From a virus: a stretch of 37,236 bases of DNA. The position numbers and the translations under genes are program-made. Each line of letters begins with the position of its first letter. Position 1 is the stretch's first letter. A model generated the notes under the pieces. That model was not told the origin of the DNA. It worked only from the letters and a program-made list of their open reading frames with translations, and did not search any database. Below are positions 33,114-37,236 of the stretch, one piece after another. The stretch is taken from UHGV virus genome UHGV-0088902; one strand, written 5' to 3'.

Positions 33114-35953
33114 AACCTATTTTAATGGATAACAAAAAAACGTTAGAGGTACTGGCAAACGATAAAACTAACGGTCTCGGAAGATTGAATGATTGCGTTG
33201 AATTGCTTGTCACAGAGCATTTAAACGGACAGTACACAGCGACAATGAAATACCCAGTCAGCGGTATTCATTTCAACGAGATTGAATTACAGGGAATTAT
33301 TAAACTGTCAGCAAACCAGTTTGATGAACCACAGTTATTCAGAATCGTTAATGTTTCAAAGCCTTTAAACGGAATTGTCGAATATGAGTTGAACCATATT
33401 ACTTACGATCTTTCGTACACGAGCGTTGCTCCGTTTACATCTGATTATGTGAGACCTACACTTGTTGCATTGTGGGATAACATGACAGGGGGCAAGTCGT
33501 TTAGTATCTCAACAGATATTAACGATTCTACACATAAAACACATAAGTTTAAAAATGAGAAACCACAGTCATGTCGAGCACTGTTCGGTGGACAAGAAGG
33601 TTCTTTGATTGATATCTTCGGTGGTGAATACCATTACGATAACTTGAAAGTGGAATTACTGGCTAAGCGTGGTGCAGACCATGGTGTGAAGATCAAGTAC
33701 GGGAAAAACCTTACGGATATAACGCAAGATGAAACGAATGAGAATGTTTATACACACGTCATTCCATACGCTCAAGACAGTAATAAAAATACAATCATCG
33801 GAGACACCATCACATTATTCAACGTAGCAGAATCAAAAATGCGAATCTTAAACTTGGATTTGTCTGATAAGTTCCAAGGCGAAAATGGCGAAGAGACAAA
33901 GATTACTGTCAAAGATATAAACCGAGAAGCACGCTATTACGTAGAAAGAAATAATCTGACAGAGCCTAGAGTTTCCCTGGATGTTTCTTTTCTTGACTTG
34001 TCTCAAACGGTTGAGTATGCAAACATTGCACCACTCGAAACAGTTTCCCTTGGTGACACTGTCTATGTCGATTATCCGACACTTGGTGTCAGTGCAAAAG
34101 CAAGAGTAATCGAGTATGAGTGGGATTCATTAAGAGAACGCTACAACTCAGTTGAGATTGGAGATGCAAAAGCAAGACTCAGCACAACAATTGCAGAGAT
34201 TGACAGTAAGAGTGATTCATATTATTCTGATTTGTTCGACCAAGCCGCAAATAATAAAACGTTTTTACAGTCAGCTATCGAACACGCATCTGAACTGCTC
34301 AAAGGCGCATATGGTGGTCACATCGTGATTGGAACGAACGCAGACGGTCAGCCGAACGAGATATACGCTATGGATACGGATTCCGTGGAAACTGCAAAGA
34401 AAGTACTGCGTTTCAATATGAATGGTATCGGTGGGAGTACAACAGGTATCAATGGGGAATACAATGTTGCGATGCTTACGGAAGGTACAATCAATGCCAC
34501 TGCAATTAAAGCAGGTACTTTAACTGCTAATCTCATAAAAGCTGGCACTCTGTCGGACTTAACAGGGGAGAACTACTGGAACTTAGAAACTGGAGAGTTG
34601 AGCCTTAGTGCATACGCAACAACAGAGGGTGTTGCAGGTTCGGTTGAAACGCTCGAAAAAAGTATATCTTCCGTCAAACAAGATGCTGAAAGATTCCAGA
34701 TTACAGTTGAAACAGACTATCTTACAAAAGACAACGCATCAGACACATATACAGCTAAAGGCAATGTAAGGTCACAGTTTGCGATTGAAAGTGATAATAT
34801 CACGATCAGTTCTGGCTTGATAACCTTTAAAGCGAATACAGTAGATTTTGAGTTCGGTAGCAGTAAGACGCTAAAAATGACATCCAACCCAGACGGTAGT
34901 GGAGTGCTATTCGATGGAACTGGACAGTTTGTAGTACACAGCGTTGACGGATTGCTTTTAACAAACAAACATGATTCAAAGGCGGAAAATTTTATATCTT
35001 TAGTTAGGACAAGCACCAAATCATCCGCTGAAATGTACAACAAGTTTGATGGAGTTACAACAAACTTTATTGACTTTGAGGCTTCATCCAACACTAGCGT
35101 GTTTTCAATAGGGAACTGGTTTAACAATGGGGAAAAGTCAAACATTTATGCATATGCAGACAGTAAAGAAAATTATTGCCAAATGTGTTCCTATGACTGG
35201 GAAACTCCTTCGCTGAAACGAGCAACCATTAGAACAAGAAGTACAAGCGATGACAACGGCGATTATGGGGCAATTGATATGTATCTGTTTGGAAATAATA
35301 ACTCAACAATTAAAGCACAAGTATCTTTAGTAAATACCGCTGGTGGTAATGGCTATATTTATGCAATGGCTGAGGATTATATTACATTATCTGCGGCAAA
35401 TAAAATTAAATTAGCATCTAATAACGGTATCGAATTATATGTTGGAGGTTATAAACGCTTGTATATTGATTCAAGCGGTAAAGTAAGTTCTTTCAATGGT
35501 ATAAACAGTGGCTATACGATTGTGAGCACAGCGATAGTAGGTGGAGACGGTATGCATCCAATTGCTTTTGGATGGAGTGGTTCTTCGTTGTCTTGTTTCG
35601 TTGATAACCATAATGTATGGAGTACATCAGATGAAAGGATGAAAAAAGATATAATCAATTTAGAAGATGATTATATAAGTGCAATTGGAGAAGTAGATAT
35701 CAAGCAGTTCCGTTTCAAAGAAGCACCATACAATACAAACACTTTACATTTTGGTGTTGTTGCTCAAGATCTCAGGAATTCGCTAGTGAATCACGGATTA
35801 TCACTTGAAGATATTGCTGTGACAGGAACCTTCAGAAACGGAGATGATGCTACAGAATACTATTCCGTGGACAAGGAAGAGTTCTTGATGGCAAGAATGG
35901 CTTTTAATGAGAGAAGAATTAAACAGTTGGAAGAGAGGATAATAAATTTATGA
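33110..35953 (+). CDS. Tail tip/Tal-like protein with C-terminal intramolecular chaperone (Peptidase S74-like)
   Basis: GLGRL...QLFRI...GGEYHYDN...YGKNL N-terminal module; TSDERMKKDI...HFGVVAQD chaperone motif. Confidence 0.85.
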   Translation: MKPILMDNKKTLEVLANDKTNGLGRLNDCVELLVTEHLNGQYTATMKYPVSGIHFNEIELQGIIKLSANQFDEPQLFRIVNVSKPLNGIVEYELNHITYDLSYTSVAPFTSDYVRPTLVALWDNMTGGKSFSISTDINDSTHKTHKFKNEKPQSCRALFGGQEGSLIDIFGGEYHYDNLKVELLAKRGADHGVKIKYGKNLTDITQDETNENVYTHVIPYAQDSNKNTIIGDTITLFNVAESKMRILNLDLSDKFQGENGEETKITVKDINREARYYVERNNLTEPRVSLDVSFLDLSQTVEYANIAPLETVSLGDTVYVDYPTLGVSAKARVIEYEWDSLRERYNSVEIGDAKARLSTTIAEIDSKSDSYYSDLFDQAANNKTFLQSAIEHASELLKGAYGGHIVIGTNADGQPNEIYAMDTDSVETAKKVLRFNMNGIGGSTTGINGEYNVAMLTEGTINATAIKAGTLTANLIKAGTLSDLTGENYWNLETGELSLSAYATTEGVAGSVETLEKSISSVKQDAERFQITVETDYLTKDNASDTYTAKGNVRSQFAIESDNITISSGLITFKANTVDFEFGSSKTLKMTSNPDGSGVLFDGTGQFVVHSVDGLLLTNKHDSKAENFISLVRTSTKSSAEMYNKFDGVTTNFIDFEASSNTSVFSIGNWFNNGEKSNIYAYADSKENYCQMCSYDWETPSLKRATIRTRSTSDDNGDYGAIDMYLFGNNNSTIKAQVSLVNTAGGNGYIYAMAEDYITLSAANKIKLASNNGIELYVGGYKRLYIDSSGKVSSFNGINSGYTIVSTAIVGGDGMHPIAFGWSGSSLSCFVDNHNVWSTSDERMKKDIINLEDDYISAIGEVDIKQFRFKEAPYNTNTLHFGVVAQDLRNSLVNHGLSLEDIAVTGTFRNGDDATEYYSVDKEEFLMARMAFNERRIKQLEERIINL

Positions 35954-36300
35954 ACTACACACAAGCGTTTAACTTACTCACACAGTTACAGGAAGTGCAA
36001 GGCACAGATTCAACGTTTCCTGTAAATGTCGGTTTCAAAATCATTCAGAATCGAAACACATTACAAGACGCATTAAAATCTTTTGATGAGATGCGTAACG
36101 GTATCATTAAGAAGTACGCAGATAAAGACGGTAACGTTTCTCCGTCTAACGAGCACTACAACGATTGCGTTAAAGAGCTTAACGAAATCGGCATTCAAGA
36201 GTGTGAGGTAGAGTTCAAGAAGTTCAAACTTTCCGACCTTGGGGATATCAGCCTTCCAATGAAAACTTTGTCTGCACTTACACCAATGATTGAAGAATAA
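35950..36300 (+). CDS. Phage hypothetical protein (tail module)
   Basis: Open frame with RBS GAGGA and ATGA overlap. Confidence 0.7.
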   Translation: MNYTQAFNLLTQLQEVQGTDSTFPVNVGFKIIQNRNTLQDALKSFDEMRNGIIKKYADKDGNVSPSNEHYNDCVKELNEIGIQECEVEFKKFKLSDLGDISLPMKTLSALTPMIEE

Positions 36301-36328
36301 AGAGTGAAGTGATTCACTCTTTTATTTT
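36301..36328 (+). terminator. Possible terminator/attenuator hairpin
   Basis: AGAGTGAA-gtga-TTCACTCT followed by TTTATTTT. Confidence 0.55.
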
Positions 36329-36344
36329 GTAGAAAGGAGATAAC

Positions 36345-37236
36345 ATGTCAATCAAACACACAACAACAGTAGACATTGGCGATTTACGCACACTGTCGAA
36401 ACCTATCCACCTCATGCAGTATGATAAATCACTGCCTGAGATTGAAGTGCATATCACGAAAGACGGACAAGAATACACGATTCCTAGTGGATACAGTGCA
36501 ACGATTCGTTGGGGGAAACCAGACAAACACGGATGCACAGCAACAGGAACGATCAGTGGTTCAACCGTTACATTCCAAGTTACGGAACAGATGGCTTGCG
36601 TTGCAGGAAGAAGCAAAGTAACGGTCGAGATCGTGGAATCAGATTCCTCACAGGCAGGCACAGCAAAATTCGAGGTTATCGTAGACAGTAACCCAATCGG
36701 AGACAATACCATTGTTTCAGATTCAGAGATTGCTGATATTCAGAAGGCTATTGAAGCTGGGCAAAATGCAGACAAGGCTCTTGAAACAGCCAATCAAGCA
36801 CAGTCTATCATTGATGATGTAACGGAAAAAGCGGAGAGTGCAAGTACACTTATCAACAATGCAACAGAGTCTCTTGAAAGCTCTGTGGAAACAGCAAGAG
36901 GTTATGCAGAATCAGCAAGCACATCAGCAAGCAATGCATCTGCATCGGCTAAGTCAGCGAGCGACACGGCATCAGGATTCGATACGCATGTTGCAGAAAA
37001 AGAGACAGAGATAGACACATATACGAGTGGAAAGAAAACCGAGTTAGACACGTACACAAGCGAAAAGAAAACAGAACTCGACACGTACACAAACACAGAA
37101 AAGAAAGTGATAGACGAATATCTTGACCAAGTGGGTGCAGATATCATGTCAGCCAAAGACACAGCGGTCACGGCTTCTGAAACAGCCACAGCAAAAGCAA
37201 ACGAAGCGTCTACTTCTGCTACTACTGCTTCACAGA
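36345..37236 (+). CDS. N-terminal part of tail fibre/RBP (BppU-like N-terminus plus coiled-coil stalk); continues at position 1
   Basis: RBS GAAAGGAG; MSIKHTTTVD...LMQYD...GKPD...VTEQM; 11-aa repeats KKTELDTYTSE; no stop before the window end. Confidence 0.85.
   Translation, partial: MSIKHTTTVDIGDLRTLSKPIHLMQYDKSLPEIEVHITKDGQEYTIPSGYSATIRWGKPDKHGCTATGTISGSTVTFQVTEQMACVAGRSKVTVEIVESDSSQAGTAKFEVIVDSNPIGDNTIVSDSEIADIQKAIEAGQNADKALETANQAQSIIDDVTEKAESASTLINNATESLESSVETARGYAESASTSASNASASAKSASDTASGFDTHVAEKETEIDTYTSGKKTELDTYTSEKKTELDTYTNTEKKVIDEYLDQVGADIMSAKDTAVTASETATAKANEASTSATTASQ

Overview
The window looks like the complete, circularly permuted genome (37,236 bp) of an AT-rich temperate siphophage of a low-GC Firmicute. 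The reading frame at the right end (from 36345) continues without a stop into positions 1-1601, and an intact attP is present. Modules in order: tail fibre/receptor-binding protein, lysis (GH25 endolysin, holin), attP plus tyrosine integrase (probable tRNA-His target), a cI/cro switch, two replication/recombination modules, a RinA/ArpU-type late activator, a 2.2-kb accessory cassette containing a probable cos region, HK97-type head genes and a long non-contractile tail. Most notable observations: (1) a diversity-generating retroelement (DGR)-type target gene with an adenine-depleted variable region and downstream hairpins, but no template repeat or intact RT that I could find, only a start-less fragment resembling an RT C-terminus; (2) a putative anti-defence regulon of acidic small proteins and an ArdC-like protein, sharing a 14-bp operator with a ribbon-helix-helix gene on the other side of the predicted cos site; (3) two replication initiators, one bracketed by a duplicated gene pair, plus a third orphan iteron-like cluster; (4) a dUTPase-MazG-like fusion; (5) several structured or antisense RNA candidates. 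All family assignments come from motif recognition by eye, not database searches.
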